A stretch of 31,005 bases of DNA from a virus (IMGVR_UViG_3300007520_000051:1-31005); one strand, 5' to 3'; positions 1-9,158 are shown, counted from the first letter of the stretch. The notes: generated by a model not told the origin, from the sequence alone. Made by a program: numbers and translations.

Positions 1-2
1 AC

Positions 3-119
3 TGTGAGAAATTTCTTAATGAGTTTGAAGATGATGGTTTAGAAATAGATTTAACTAAAGTTCAAATCACAACTGCTCATCAAATATTCTCAGAATTAAT
101 AAAGGAGCTAACTAACTAA
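3..119 (+). CDS. Partial hypothetical protein (C-terminus; 5' end outside window)
   Basis: Frame 3 is open from the window edge (CEKFLNEFEDDGLEIDLTKVQ...ELTN) to TAA at 117-119. Confidence 0.55.
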   Translation, partial: CEKFLNEFEDDGLEIDLTKVQITTAHQIFSELIKELTN

Positions 120-281
120 TGAGGGATAAAGATGAACGTTTAGTATTATTTTTATATAAGCTGTTTCTTCACTTGGATTTACTTCTTTAGGTTATCTTTT
201 AGAAGTAGAACGTGGATATAGGATATAGATTTATTTGACAGAGTTGAGGTAAGTTTTAGTTATGTTTAGGAAATTAAATTA

Positions 282-527
282 ATGGTTGCATCAAAATTGT
301 CAGATATTCCTGAATCTAAAGCTGATTTCTGTCCTTGCAATAGATGCTCGGTGGCAAGAAAACAAGGTAAACAAGAAGCAGAAGTTAGAGTCACAGAACT
401 ACTAAATAAAATTTCTCGGCTAGAAAAACAAATTTACAATGCTGAAGGCTATTGTGAGATCTCAAAGAAAACCTGCGGAATATGTCCAATGAAGCAACTT
501 TGCATAAAGACAGGGCAAACAAGTTAA
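282..527 (+). CDS. Hypothetical Cys-rich phage protein
   Basis: 81-aa ORF with CPCNRC and CGIC; AGGA upstream; stop overlaps the next ATG (TAATG). Confidence 0.6.
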   Translation: MVASKLSDIPESKADFCPCNRCSVARKQGKQEAEVRVTELLNKISRLEKQIYNAEGYCEISKKTCGICPMKQLCIKTGQTS

Positions 528-955
528 TGCTAAAAAATAAAGCAATTATTGTTGATATTGATGGCACTATAGCTCATTATGACCCAGAAGTTAGAGATCC
601 ATATGACACAGACTTTGAGAAGATTATCCAAGATTCTCCAGACAGAACAGTAATTAAAGTCATTGAATCACTCTTCCACCAAGGACATACAATAATCTAT
701 GTAACTGGTAGAAATGAAGAAACTGAAGAGGCAACTAGAGAATGGTTGCGTCTGTTTGCTCCTCCTTACGCTTATCTATATATGAGAAAACGTAATGACT
801 ACCGTCAAGACTCCGAGGTAAAGAAAGAAATATATGAAACGCATATTGTCAATCACTTTGATGTGCTTTGTGTTTTTGATGATCGTCAGCAAGTCGTAGA
901 CATGTGGCGCGAGATCGGACTTGTTTGTATGCAAGTTGCTCCAGGAGATTTTTAA
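527..955 (+). CDS. HAD-family phosphatase, T4 PseT (polynucleotide kinase) 3'-phosphatase-domain-like
   Basis: Motifs DIDGT, VTGR, LYMR..ND.R.D...K, FDDRQQVVDMWREIGL.CMQVAPGDF. Start placed at the TAATG overlap (527) rather than 482. Confidence 0.88.
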   Translation: MLKNKAIIVDIDGTIAHYDPEVRDPYDTDFEKIIQDSPDRTVIKVIESLFHQGHTIIYVTGRNEETEEATREWLRLFAPPYAYLYMRKRNDYRQDSEVKKEIYETHIVNHFDVLCVFDDRQQVVDMWREIGLVCMQVAPGDF

Positions 956-1018
956 TGAATAGAAAAAACGTAAGTCCTAAGTAAAATAAAGTAATTTTAA
1001 ACAGGAATAGGTATTTAT

Positions 1019-1252
1019 ATGCAGTCTGAATTTAATCAATACTCCTACCCACACTCAGTAGATCAGAGTATTTCTCAGAACGAAAAATTGTTTCAAATTT
1101 TAGAAAAGCTTCAGAGTATTATTGATAGCATCAAAATACGCAAAGAAGCTGAACAGTTTATTTATGGAGTACGAGCAAGTATGGATGTCATACTTGTTGA
1201 AATTAGAGGGAAAAGTAATCCAAATCAAGAGAGTATTTCTTACCCCGAGTAA
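1019..1252 (+). CDS. Hypothetical protein
   Basis: 77-aa ORF with an AGGAATAGG-like RBS; no recognisable motif. Confidence 0.5.
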   Translation: MQSEFNQYSYPHSVDQSISQNEKLFQILEKLQSIIDSIKIRKEAEQFIYGVRASMDVILVEIRGKSNPNQESISYPE

Positions 1253-1322
1253 ATACCCCTAGCGTTCTACTGCTAGTATTCTAAATCTAACGCAAATACC
1301 CCCTATCAAAAAAGGTAAACCT

Positions 1323-3392
1323 ATGTCTAATTCAATGTTCTCATTCCGTCTAAACGAAGAGTTTGTAGCTTCTTACAAAGATAAAAAAGCTCCGTTTGGT
1401 TATAGAGATGCAGCTGGGAACTCAGTAGGCGAGATTACTTTCTTACGTACTTACTCACGTATTAAAGAAGATGGCACCAAAGAAACATGGGTGGATGTCT
1501 GTGTGCGCGTTATCAATGGCATGTACTCGATTCAAAAAGATCATTGCAAAACATCGCGTCTTCCTTGGTCGGATACTCGCGCAGCAGCTTCAGCTAAAGA
1601 AGCATTTGATCGCCTATATAATTTGAAGTGGACACCTCCAGGTCGTGGACTCTGGGTTATGGGAACTCCACTAGTTAACGAGCAAAAGAACTCTGCAGCA
1701 CTTCAAAATTGCGCGTTTGTTTCAACGCGAGAGATGACAAAAAATGATCCAGCAAAACCATTTGCATTCCTTATGGAAGCATCAATGCTTGGCGTTGGTG
1801 TTGGATTTGATGATCTTGGAGCAGATAAAGACTTTATTATTTATAAGCCAAAAGAAGATGTGACAACTGTAGTAGTTGCAGATACTCGCGAAGGTTGGGT
1901 AGAGACAACTTCACAGCTTATTAATTCTTACCTAAAAGCAGATCAACCAACATTTGAATTTGATTACTCGCTTGTTAGACCAGCTGGCGCACCAATTAAA
2001 ATCTTTGGTGGAACTGCAGCAGGTCCAGAACCACTAATTAGACTTCATAACTACATTAGAAATCTTTTTGTTGGAAGAGAGAACCAGAAGGTTACTCGTA
2101 CTGACATTGCTGATATTGGTAATCTTATTGGCGTTTGCGTAGTTTCTGGAAACGTTCGTAGATCAGCTGAATTATTAATTGGTCGCTTAGATGATGAAAC
2201 ATTCCTTAACTTAAAGAATGCAGAAGTATTCCCAGAACGTAACTCTTACGATCCAAAAGCTCCTGGCTGGGGATGGATGTCTAACAACTCTGTATCAGCA
2301 GAAGTTGGACAAGACCTTTCAGGAATTGTTGAAGGTATTGCACTTAATGGAGAGCCAGGTGTTGTTTGGCTTGACCTATCAAGAAAGTATGGTCGCTTGA
2401 TAGATCCACCTAACAACAAAGATCATCGCATCATGGGCTACAACCCTTGTGCAGAGCAATCTCTTGAGTCATATGAAATGTGTACTCTTGTTGAAACATA
2501 TTTAAATCGTCACGATGATATTGATGACTTTAAGCGCACTCTAAAGTTTGCATACCTCTACGCAAAGACTGTAACTCTTCTTCCAACTCATTGGGAAGAG
2601 ACCAACGCAATCATGCAACGTAATCGACGCATTGGTACATCGATTTCTGGAGTTGCTAACTTTGCAGATAGTATTGGATTACCAGTAATGAAAGAGTGGA
2701 TGAATCAGGGATATGCAGTAGTTAAGGGCTACGATGTCACTTACTCAGAGTGGTTAGGTATTCGCGAGTCAATTAAGACAACAACCGTTAAACCATCAGG
2801 AACTGTTTCAATTCTTGCAGGTGAATCCCCAGGAGTTCATTGGACTCCAGGTGGTAAGTACTTTAATCGTGCTATTCGCTTTGCTAACTCAGATCCAATG
2901 CTTCCACTATTTAAGATGGCAAACTACAGAGTCGAACCAGCATCAGAATCTCCTGACACAACCTCTGTAGTCTTTTTCCCAATTAGGTCAGATGCAGAGC
3001 GTGCAGAAAAAGATGTAACAATCTTTGAGAAAATGGCCCTTGCGGTCACTGCTCAGCGTTACTGGTCAGATAATTCTGTATCTGTAACTATTTCTTTTGA
3101 TCCTGAGACAGAGAAGCAACATGTTGGCACAGTTCTTCATATGCATGATGGACAGCTTAAGACAGTTTCATTCCTACCTTCAGGAAACTTTACATATCCT
3201 CAAATGCCATACACCCAGATCACAGAAGAAGAGTATGAGCAAGAGGGTTCTATGAAGCTATTCCCAATTGACTTCTCTGGTGTCTACGCGGGTATGGCTT
3301 CTGATGCTATTGGCGAGGCGTACTGCACAACAGATGCTTGCGAAGTTAAGTTAATTTCGGAAAACACTAAAAATCTTAAAAAGGATAAGTAG
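1323..3392 (+). CDS. nrdJ: Class II (adenosylcobalamin-dependent) monomeric ribonucleoside-triphosphate reductase
   Basis: Motifs TPPGRGLW, ALQNCAF, GNVRRSA, GEPG, the NPCAEQ catalytic finger loop, TTVKPSGT, and C-terminal CTTDAC shuttle cysteines. Confidence 0.95.
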   Translation: MSNSMFSFRLNEEFVASYKDKKAPFGYRDAAGNSVGEITFLRTYSRIKEDGTKETWVDVCVRVINGMYSIQKDHCKTSRLPWSDTRAAASAKEAFDRLYNLKWTPPGRGLWVMGTPLVNEQKNSAALQNCAFVSTREMTKNDPAKPFAFLMEASMLGVGVGFDDLGADKDFIIYKPKEDVTTVVVADTREGWVETTSQLINSYLKADQPTFEFDYSLVRPAGAPIKIFGGTAAGPEPLIRLHNYIRNLFVGRENQKVTRTDIADIGNLIGVCVVSGNVRRSAELLIGRLDDETFLNLKNAEVFPERNSYDPKAPGWGWMSNNSVSAEVGQDLSGIVEGIALNGEPGVVWLDLSRKYGRLIDPPNNKDHRIMGYNPCAEQSLESYEMCTLVETYLNRHDDIDDFKRTLKFAYLYAKTVTLLPTHWEETNAIMQRNRRIGTSISGVANFADSIGLPVMKEWMNQGYAVVKGYDVTYSEWLGIRESIKTTTVKPSGTVSILAGESPGVHWTPGGKYFNRAIRFANSDPMLPLFKMANYRVEPASESPDTTSVVFFPIRSDAERAEKDVTIFEKMALAVTAQRYWSDNSVSVTISFDPETEKQHVGTVLHMHDGQLKTVSFLPSGNFTYPQMPYTQITEEEYEQEGSMKLFPIDFSGVYAGMASDAIGEAYCTTDACEVKLISENTKNLKKDK

Positions 3393-3547
3393 TGAAGCAT
3401 GTAGCCATGTTCTCTGGAGGAATAGGTTCCTGGGCGTGCGCTAAAAGAGTTGCAAATAAATATGGAAAAATGATTTGTATAGAGTGTGCTAAACAGTACC
3501 CATGTAAAACTAGTATGTTATTGCGAGAGAAAAAGAAGAATAAGTAA
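3392..3547 (+). pseudogene. Short ORF (51 aa) with a PP-loop/PAPS-reductase-like N-terminus; probable truncated remnant
   Basis: GTG overlaps the nrdJ stop. Translation MKHVAMFSGGIGSWACAKRVANKYGK has the SGGxxS PP-loop, then switches to MICIECAKQYPCKT...* (not in the ORF track). Confidence 0.55.
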
Positions 3548-3548
3548 A

Positions 3549-3692
3549 ATGGCAACTTACGAATACAAATGCTCACTAGATCATATATATGTAGAAGAAC
3601 GTCCTATTACAGAGGATCAAATAGTCACTAAGTGTCCTAAATGCAATAGCGCACTGACTGGTCGCCAAATTAAATATACAAAACTCTCTTAA
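3549..3692 (+). CDS. FmdB-like zinc-ribbon protein
   Basis: MATYEYKC...H...CPKC; ATG at 3549 directly follows the preceding stop. Confidence 0.75.
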   Translation: MATYEYKCSLDHIYVEERPITEDQIVTKCPKCNSALTGRQIKYTKLS

Positions 3693-3732
3693 ATAGTGGC
3701 GTTTCCCGCTCAATCTATGTCATAATACATTT

Positions 3733-3921
3733 ATGGCAAAAGGAAAAGGCGGGAAACCCGCAGCACCAGTTCAAACATCTGGTCGTAAAAATAACAAACC
3801 CTCTAAGAAATATCCACGCACTGCTCCAGCAACAAGTGGTAGAGGTAGAGCAACAGGGAGAACCGTTGGCGGTTACTCCCCAGAAAAGCTACAGATTAGA
3901 GCGCAAAGGCGCAGTCAGTAG
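3733..3921 (+). CDS. Small, highly basic (K/R/G-rich) protein, probably leaderless
   Basis: 62 aa, MAKGKGGK...; CATAAT -10 lies 6 nt before the ATG. Confidence 0.65.
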   Translation: MAKGKGGKPAAPVQTSGRKNNKPSKKYPRTAPATSGRGRATGRTVGGYSPEKLQIRAQRRSQ

Positions 3922-3927
3922 TGTCTA

Positions 3928-4716
3928 ATGCTAACTAACCAATACAAAAGCATCAATAAAGAAGTTTTAGACTTTATGGTTACTTTGATACCCAGTAAAG
4001 ATAAATATTTAAATACTCACTTTAGAAGGCTTGCTAGAACTGTAGAAGTAATACTCGATCAAAAACCTACTGGAAAGCTTTTAGAAATAGGTACAAGTGG
4101 AGTAATACCTATCGTGTTGGATAAGTTTGCACCTGATCTAGAAGTAGTAGTTACAGAGTTTGATCTAAAGCAACCTAAAAAAGGATCAACAACCGTTCAA
4201 GTAGGTAAGTATAAAAAAACTTTAGAATGCTACAGAGTAAATCTAGAGTCTACAAAACTTCCAGCAAAAGATGAATCTTTTGATTATGTTGTTTGCTCGG
4301 AAGTAATTGAACATTTGGAAAGAGATCCCATGTTCATGCTTAAAGAAATAAACAGGGTACTAAAAACAAGTAAAAGTCTTATATTAACTACGCCTAATGT
4401 TGTTAGTAGTAGAGGTATTACAAAAATGCTTTTAGGTATTGAACCTTACTTTTACATGCAATACAACAGAGATTTATCTTTATATAGACATAACTATGAA
4501 TACAGCATTCACTCTCTAACTAAACTTTTAAAAGCAGCTGGCTTTGACGGAAGCGCTTGGACTGAAGATACTTTTGAAGATCCAATTATGAAAGACATCC
4601 AGAAACTAAGAAGTATAGGTTATCCAATGAATCACATTGGTGACAATATTTTTACAGTTTCTAGTAAAGTATCTGCCCCCACAGGGGAATATCCAGATTG
4701 GATATACGCAGGCTAA
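3928..4716 (+). CDS. Class I SAM-dependent methyltransferase (Methyltransf_11-like)
   Basis: LLEIG motif I; LP..DESFDYVVCSEVIEHL...P..ML.EI.RVLK..LILTTPN. Confidence 0.88.
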   Translation: MLTNQYKSINKEVLDFMVTLIPSKDKYLNTHFRRLARTVEVILDQKPTGKLLEIGTSGVIPIVLDKFAPDLEVVVTEFDLKQPKKGSTTVQVGKYKKTLECYRVNLESTKLPAKDESFDYVVCSEVIEHLERDPMFMLKEINRVLKTSKSLILTTPNVVSSRGITKMLLGIEPYFYMQYNRDLSLYRHNYEYSIHSLTKLLKAAGFDGSAWTEDTFEDPIMKDIQKLRSIGYPMNHIGDNIFTVSSKVSAPTGEYPDWIYAG

Positions 4717-5657
4717 TGTTTAACAAAGAAAATCCAAACATCAAAGAGCTTGGCGGAGAGATCATAGATCTAAGACGCTTAGTGGATCCAGATGATAAAA
4801 CTTGGTCAGCTACAAATCCTTCTATTGGTGTAGACAATAAAGGAAAAATGGCAGTTGGTATTAGATCTAGTAACTACGTAATCCTTCCTAATGGCACGTA
4901 TCACGTTACCGTTGGCGGTTTAATTAAATCTCACGTGTGGTTTTCTGAATTAGATAAAGACTACAAAATTACTAATTTACGCAAGATAAATGTAGATACA
5001 ACCGATACAAAGTTTGTTCGTGGTCTAGAGGATCCAAAGATTTTTTGGAGAGATGGATCTTGGTGGTTTACAGCAGTTACCCTTGAGAAGCACGAAACTC
5101 CATTTGCTCGAATGGTTACATGTAAATTAAACAAGAGATGCACTGAAATTGAATCTGTAGAAAAACACATAGGTTTTGATCAGAAACGTCCAGAGAAGAA
5201 TTGGATGCTCCCATACAACTCAAATCCAAACTTTGATTTTATTTACGGGCCGAACTCAGTCATCAAAGACAATGTTATGACTACGTGGCTAACTGATAAT
5301 GAAGAAGTAAGCGCACTACGAGGCAGCACAAACTTGCTAGATCTTCAAGATTCTACCTATTTAGCCGTTACACACAAGCTTTTTCAAAAATCAGACATGG
5401 TTTATCAAGAAAATTCATTTGGAATGATTAAAGCCAGTCTGCGTAACTATATTCACTACTTTACAAGGTATGACGAGTACGGAAAGATACTTGGAATATC
5501 AAAGGGTTTTTATCTTTACAAACCAGGTGTTGAGTTTGCAGCTGGAATAATTCAAAAGAAAAACGATTTTATAATCAGTTTTGGCAGAGAAGATGTCTCA
5601 TCTCACCTTGCTATCATTAAAAAATCAACAGTATTGGACGGCTTACAAGGAGTCTGA
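4716..5657 (+). CDS. Beta-propeller glycosidase/phosphorylase-like protein (GH130/GH43-like fold)
   Basis: Motifs NPSI, GLEDPKIF, EKNW.P, LRGST and VEFAAG...ISFG..D, typical of this phage-borne family. Start placed at the TAATG overlap. Confidence 0.7.
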   Translation: MFNKENPNIKELGGEIIDLRRLVDPDDKTWSATNPSIGVDNKGKMAVGIRSSNYVILPNGTYHVTVGGLIKSHVWFSELDKDYKITNLRKINVDTTDTKFVRGLEDPKIFWRDGSWWFTAVTLEKHETPFARMVTCKLNKRCTEIESVEKHIGFDQKRPEKNWMLPYNSNPNFDFIYGPNSVIKDNVMTTWLTDNEEVSALRGSTNLLDLQDSTYLAVTHKLFQKSDMVYQENSFGMIKASLRNYIHYFTRYDEYGKILGISKGFYLYKPGVEFAAGIIQKKNDFIISFGREDVSSHLAIIKKSTVLDGLQGV

Positions 5658-5683
5658 TCAGTGCAGCAAAATAAAATTGATGT

Positions 5684-6181
5684 ATGTCGAAAAAAGCCCT
5701 CTACGTTATTTTACTCAGCCTCTCACTAACATTATCTTCTTTAGTACCAACACCAGCTAACGCTAAAGGCGTTGAAATTTGGAAATCAACAACCAATCAA
5801 TCAATCTCAAGAAGTAAGTGGACAACACTTAAATTTGGAGACAGAAGAGAGATGAACCCAACAGGTTCTAGATCTTTGTATTGCTCCCAGGTTCACTTAA
5901 AAATACCTAAAAAGAATAAACCAAAATGGGTAAAGATTAGATTTGCTAGAGTTTTATCCAATGGAAAGCTTGACAGCACAGGAACTACTACCTGGACGCT
6001 AGGTAAAAAAGCTCCTCTGAACTGGCAAGGGTCAACTTGTTGGCCTATAAACCCTGACTACCCAGTGGTTGCTCAGGTCAAATATGGAGGTGGTCCAAAA
6101 TCTATTACGTCCCCGTTAAGGCAATTCAAATCTTGGAACCCTGGCGCAGAGATAGAAGATAGTTTATTTATTTTTAATTAA
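5684..6181 (+). CDS. Secreted hypothetical protein
   Basis: Signal peptide (MSKKALYVILLSLSLTLSSLVPTPANA); leaderless TAAAAT-N6-ATG. Confidence 0.7.
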   Translation: MSKKALYVILLSLSLTLSSLVPTPANAKGVEIWKSTTNQSISRSKWTTLKFGDRREMNPTGSRSLYCSQVHLKIPKKNKPKWVKIRFARVLSNGKLDSTGTTTWTLGKKAPLNWQGSTCWPINPDYPVVAQVKYGGGPKSITSPLRQFKSWNPGAEIEDSLFIFN

Positions 6182-6203
6182 TATTTCTTTGATATAATTA
6201 AAT

Positions 6204-6428
6204 ATGAAATACGAAGATTTTGACGGGTCCTTTAATTATGAAGATATGCCCATAGAGTCCCTCATAGAGGCTCTAGAGTCCCTAATTAGTTACTTAATGG
6301 AAAATACAGGTCTAGATAGACAATCCTTGTCAGACCACATTAAGAATCTTGTAGACCTATTAGGGGAAGAAGAGTGCATGAACCTAGATATAGATCAAAC
6401 TGTAGACTGGATTAACTCTCTTAAGTAG
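6204..6428 (+). CDS. Small acidic hypothetical protein
   Basis: 74 aa, D/E-rich; TATAAT 5 nt before the ATG. Confidence 0.65.
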   Translation: MKYEDFDGSFNYEDMPIESLIEALESLISYLMENTGLDRQSLSDHIKNLVDLLGEEECMNLDIDQTVDWINSLK

Positions 6429-6723
6429 CTTCTTTACGTTCTTTAATAAGATTCTCAGCAATTTTGTTTTTTCTATGAACCGTCTTAACCCTGTCCACCC
6501 TAAATGAGCGCCACATTTTTACGCCCTTAACTCCACCAACTACATCTACCCACTCAGCTGTATCGGTCTTAACGTGTTTCATAAACCTAAAACGGCCTCG
6601 TTCCCCACGTATGGAAACTTCAGTACCTTGAGTAATATTTCTACCGTTTACCTGAATTTCGTAAGTTTCAACCCAGGACGGGTTTGGGTTAGGTTGACCC
6701 TTAGAACTGCGCTTCTTAGACAT
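6421..6723 (-). CDS. Hypothetical protein, SH3-like beta-barrel (actinophage type)
   Basis: GTEVSIRGERGRFRF...WVDV.G...RSF..DRVK pattern; leaderless TATTAT-N6-ATG on the minus strand. Confidence 0.7.
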   Translation of the reverse strand: MSKKRSSKGQPNPNPSWVETYEIQVNGRNITQGTEVSIRGERGRFRFMKHVKTDTAEWVDVVGGVKGVKMWRSFRVDRVKTVHRKNKIAENLIKERKEAT

Positions 6724-6736
6724 GCACCCATAATAC

Positions 6737-7174
6737 CTAACTTGATACTGGGGCTACCCTACCAAACACGACTCTAGTACTCCAAATAGTCTCTACACGA
6801 ACATCTCTACCATACCTAGGGGAGTGGATAATTTTATTGTTTCCTAGGTAGATACCTACATGATAAACATAGCCACTCTTATTTCTAAAGAACACTAGGT
6901 CTCCAGGAACAGCCTCTGACCTAGTTATTTTCTCAGCTAATCTATACTGTTGCTGAGCAGTTCTAGAAAGGTTTACTCCATTTTTGTCATAAACAAAAGA
7001 AGTAAACCCAGAGCAATCAAAACAGTCAGATGTAACTCCACCTCTGCAATAAGGGGTTCCCACGTATCTCTGGGCTGTGTCAATCAAAGCTGCATCACTA
7101 GTAGAACCACTAACAGGCATCACACCTGTTGCAACAAACGCAACGGACAATAACGAACTTATTACAAGACCCAT
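6737..7174 (-). CDS. Secreted NlpC/P60 (C40) cell-wall peptidase
   Basis: Signal peptide, G.PY..GG, catalytic FDCSG, PGDLVFF, HVGIYLG...IH; AAGGAGG RBS. Confidence 0.92.
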   Translation of the reverse strand: MGLVISSLLSVAFVATGVMPVSGSTSDAALIDTAQRYVGTPYCRGGVTSDCFDCSGFTSFVYDKNGVNLSRTAQQQYRLAEKITRSEAVPGDLVFFRNKSGYVYHVGIYLGNNKIIHSPRYGRDVRVETIWSTRVVFGRVAPVSS

Positions 7175-7369
7175 AAATAAAAAAACCTCCTTATGGGAGT
7201 TGCTTTAATTATAACACAAAAAGATTCAAAAATGCACATTTATGCAGGAAGGTTGTTAAATAAAAATGTTTTTTGTCTCTACTGTCCACAACTCAACCTT
7301 TAATTAAATGTAATAAAATAGAGTGGTAACTTAAATAAATAAACAATGTTTACAATAATTAATAAATAT

Positions 7370-7378
7370 TTATCCACA
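7370..7378 (+). promoter_or_regulatory. DnaA box (TTATCCACA)
   Basis: Perfect consensus in an AT-rich intergenic region; near-match CTGTCCACA at 7282-7290. Confidence 0.5.
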
Positions 7379-7412
7379 GGCTTTTTATTAAATATTTAAA
7401 CTGTTTCAATAA

Positions 7413-7778
7413 ATGAGAGATTTAGCTATGGATGAAGACGCTGAGCTAGTAGTTCTACAGATGCTTGTTGACGAAGGAGCACTAGAGATAATCTCTATTG
7501 ATAAGGATGGCGAACCCATTTATAGGGTTACAGAGAAGTGTAAAGAGATATTTCCAGAGCTTTTTTACAGTCATATATCAGAAGTAAATAACATAGCATT
7601 TGACCTATGGAACTTAGGGGTAATTGAAATCCAGTTTAATGAAGAAAATCATAGAGTCTCTTTTACAAAAGAAAACTTTATTAAATACGTAGAACTAAAA
7701 GACACTTTGACAGAAGATCAAATTAACTTCCTTAACGCCATCATAGACAAAAACATTCTAAATAACCCACAAACTTAA
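7413..7778 (+). CDS. Hypothetical protein (possible winged-helix-like)
   Basis: 121-aa ORF; LVDEGALEI...DGEPIYRVT pattern. Confidence 0.65.
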   Translation: MRDLAMDEDAELVVLQMLVDEGALEIISIDKDGEPIYRVTEKCKEIFPELFYSHISEVNNIAFDLWNLGVIEIQFNEENHRVSFTKENFIKYVELKDTLTEDQINFLNAIIDKNILNNPQT

Positions 7779-7844
7779 CACACACAAACCTTTTTTCCTG
7801 GCTTCTTCCTCCTCCTTTTATAAAGGAAAGAGAGCGCGAAAAAA
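7778..7844. repeat. Hairpin repeat, copy 1
   Basis: ACACACAC-AAA..T6..CCTC..TAAAGGAAAGAGAGCGCGAAAAAA; 24 bp (7821-7844) identical to copy 2. Confidence 0.85.
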
Positions 7845-7894
7845 CCCATTTATGCTACAGTTAAGAATCATTAATTCCAGCAAGGAGTAGCTAC

Positions 7895-8143
7895 ATGGCA
7901 TACGTAAGATTTAATCGCGGATCCGATCTTTATTTATTTATGTCCCCCTCAGGTTTAACTTGTTGTGGCTGTAGACTCTTATCGATCTATGCACCGTTAG
8001 AAAATGATGGTTTATCTTTTTACGCAAAATCAACACAGGAAATGATTACTCATTTAGCTTCTCACAGAGAGCTAGGCGACATGGTCCCAATGGGGATTGA
8101 AGAGAGTTTATTAAATGACGACAAAAATAACTACCCAACATAG
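7895..8143 (+). CDS. Hypothetical phage protein (MAYxRF...SDxY...CCGC, putative metal-binding)
   Basis: AAGGAG RBS; Cys/His cluster. Confidence 0.7.
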   Translation: MAYVRFNRGSDLYLFMSPSGLTCCGCRLLSIYAPLENDGLSFYAKSTQEMITHLASHRELGDMVPMGIEESLLNDDKNNYPT

Positions 8144-9137
8144 TTTTACATTTGCTGATCTGTTTGCTGGTATTGGTGGCATGCGTATCGGTTTCGAAGC
8201 AGTTGGTGGAGAGTGCGTATTAACCAGCGAAATTGATCAAAAAGCTATGGAAACATATAGTGCCAATTTTATTGACTCAGAGTCTCATAAATTTGTTGCA
8301 GACGTAACCAAGTTAACTAGAGAAGACTTTCCAGAAAACCTTGACGTATTAGTTGCAGGTTTTCCATGTCAGCCTTACAGCATGGCTGGACCACGTAGAG
8401 GACTAGAAGACAAACGCGGCGGAGATATCTTTGATGCTCTAATGCACCTACTTAAAGAAGTAAAGCCAAGAGCATTTCTTTTTGAAAACGTAAAAGGCGT
8501 ACTTGGTCATGACGAAGGCAAGACGCTAGATCACATGCTTGGTCTCATGCTTGATCAGGGTTATCATGTTAGATACGAGACCTTAAACTCAATGACTCAT
8601 GCAAACATCCCTCAAAACCGTGAGCGAGTATTTTTTGTTGGCTTTAGATATCCATACGAAGCAAAAATCTTTAACTACCCAAAACCAGTAGAGCTTACAA
8701 AAACTATCTCTGACTGCTTTGAAAAAGGTCTTGTAGACGACAAGTTTTACTACACAGATAGAACAGAAGTTGGGAAGCTAATTCAGCACCACATTAAAGA
8801 AAAAGACACTATCTACCAGTGGCGTAGAAGCTACGCTCGCGATAATAAGAGTAACGTCTGCCCAACACTAACTGCCAACATGGGAACAGGTGGAAACAAC
8901 GTACCAATCATTGTTGATGACTCTGGGCCACGTAAACTAACTCCAAGAGAAGTATCTAACTTCCAGGGCTTCCCAGAAGAGTTTATTCTGCCTCTTATGG
9001 GACTTAGCAATCTGTACAAGCAATTTGGCAATAGCGTTACCGTTCCTTTAATTTCCCGCGTAGCTGCCCAGATCAAACAAACCCTAGACACACCCACAAA
9101 TTTTTCCCTGATGCATCCTCCTCCTACTCATAGGTAA
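8115..9137 (+). CDS. Orphan C5 cytosine DNA methyltransferase (M.Bsp6I/GCNGC-like)
   Basis: Motifs FAGIGG, GFPCQ, ENV, QNRERVF, GNSV; target-recognition domain (TRD) YQWRR...NKSNVCPTLTANMGTGG.NVP. Confidence 0.93.
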   Translation: MTTKITTQHSFTFADLFAGIGGMRIGFEAVGGECVLTSEIDQKAMETYSANFIDSESHKFVADVTKLTREDFPENLDVLVAGFPCQPYSMAGPRRGLEDKRGGDIFDALMHLLKEVKPRAFLFENVKGVLGHDEGKTLDHMLGLMLDQGYHVRYETLNSMTHANIPQNRERVFFVGFRYPYEAKIFNYPKPVELTKTISDCFEKGLVDDKFYYTDRTEVGKLIQHHIKEKDTIYQWRRSYARDNKSNVCPTLTANMGTGGNNVPIIVDDSGPRKLTPREVSNFQGFPEEFILPLMGLSNLYKQFGNSVTVPLISRVAAQIKQTLDTPTNFSLMHPPPTHR

Positions 9138-9158
9138 AGGAAAGAGAGCGCGAAAAAA
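9088..9158. repeat. Hairpin repeat, copy 2 (overlaps the MTase 3' end)
   Basis: ACACACCCACAAATTTTT..CCTCCTCC..TAAAGGAAAGAGAGCGCGAAAAAA. Confidence 0.85.

Noticed and set aside
119-270. Stop-codon recoding suggested by several TAGs
   Set aside because: Long conserved genes are intact under code 11, and TAG correctly ends nrdJ; this stretch is more likely a decayed small gene.
1240-1322. NrdR box or cobalamin riboswitch upstream of nrdJ
   Set aside because: Only an AAATACCCC direct repeat and a small CTAGC/GCTAG hairpin are visible; there is no convincing NrdR consensus and too little room for a B12 riboswitch.
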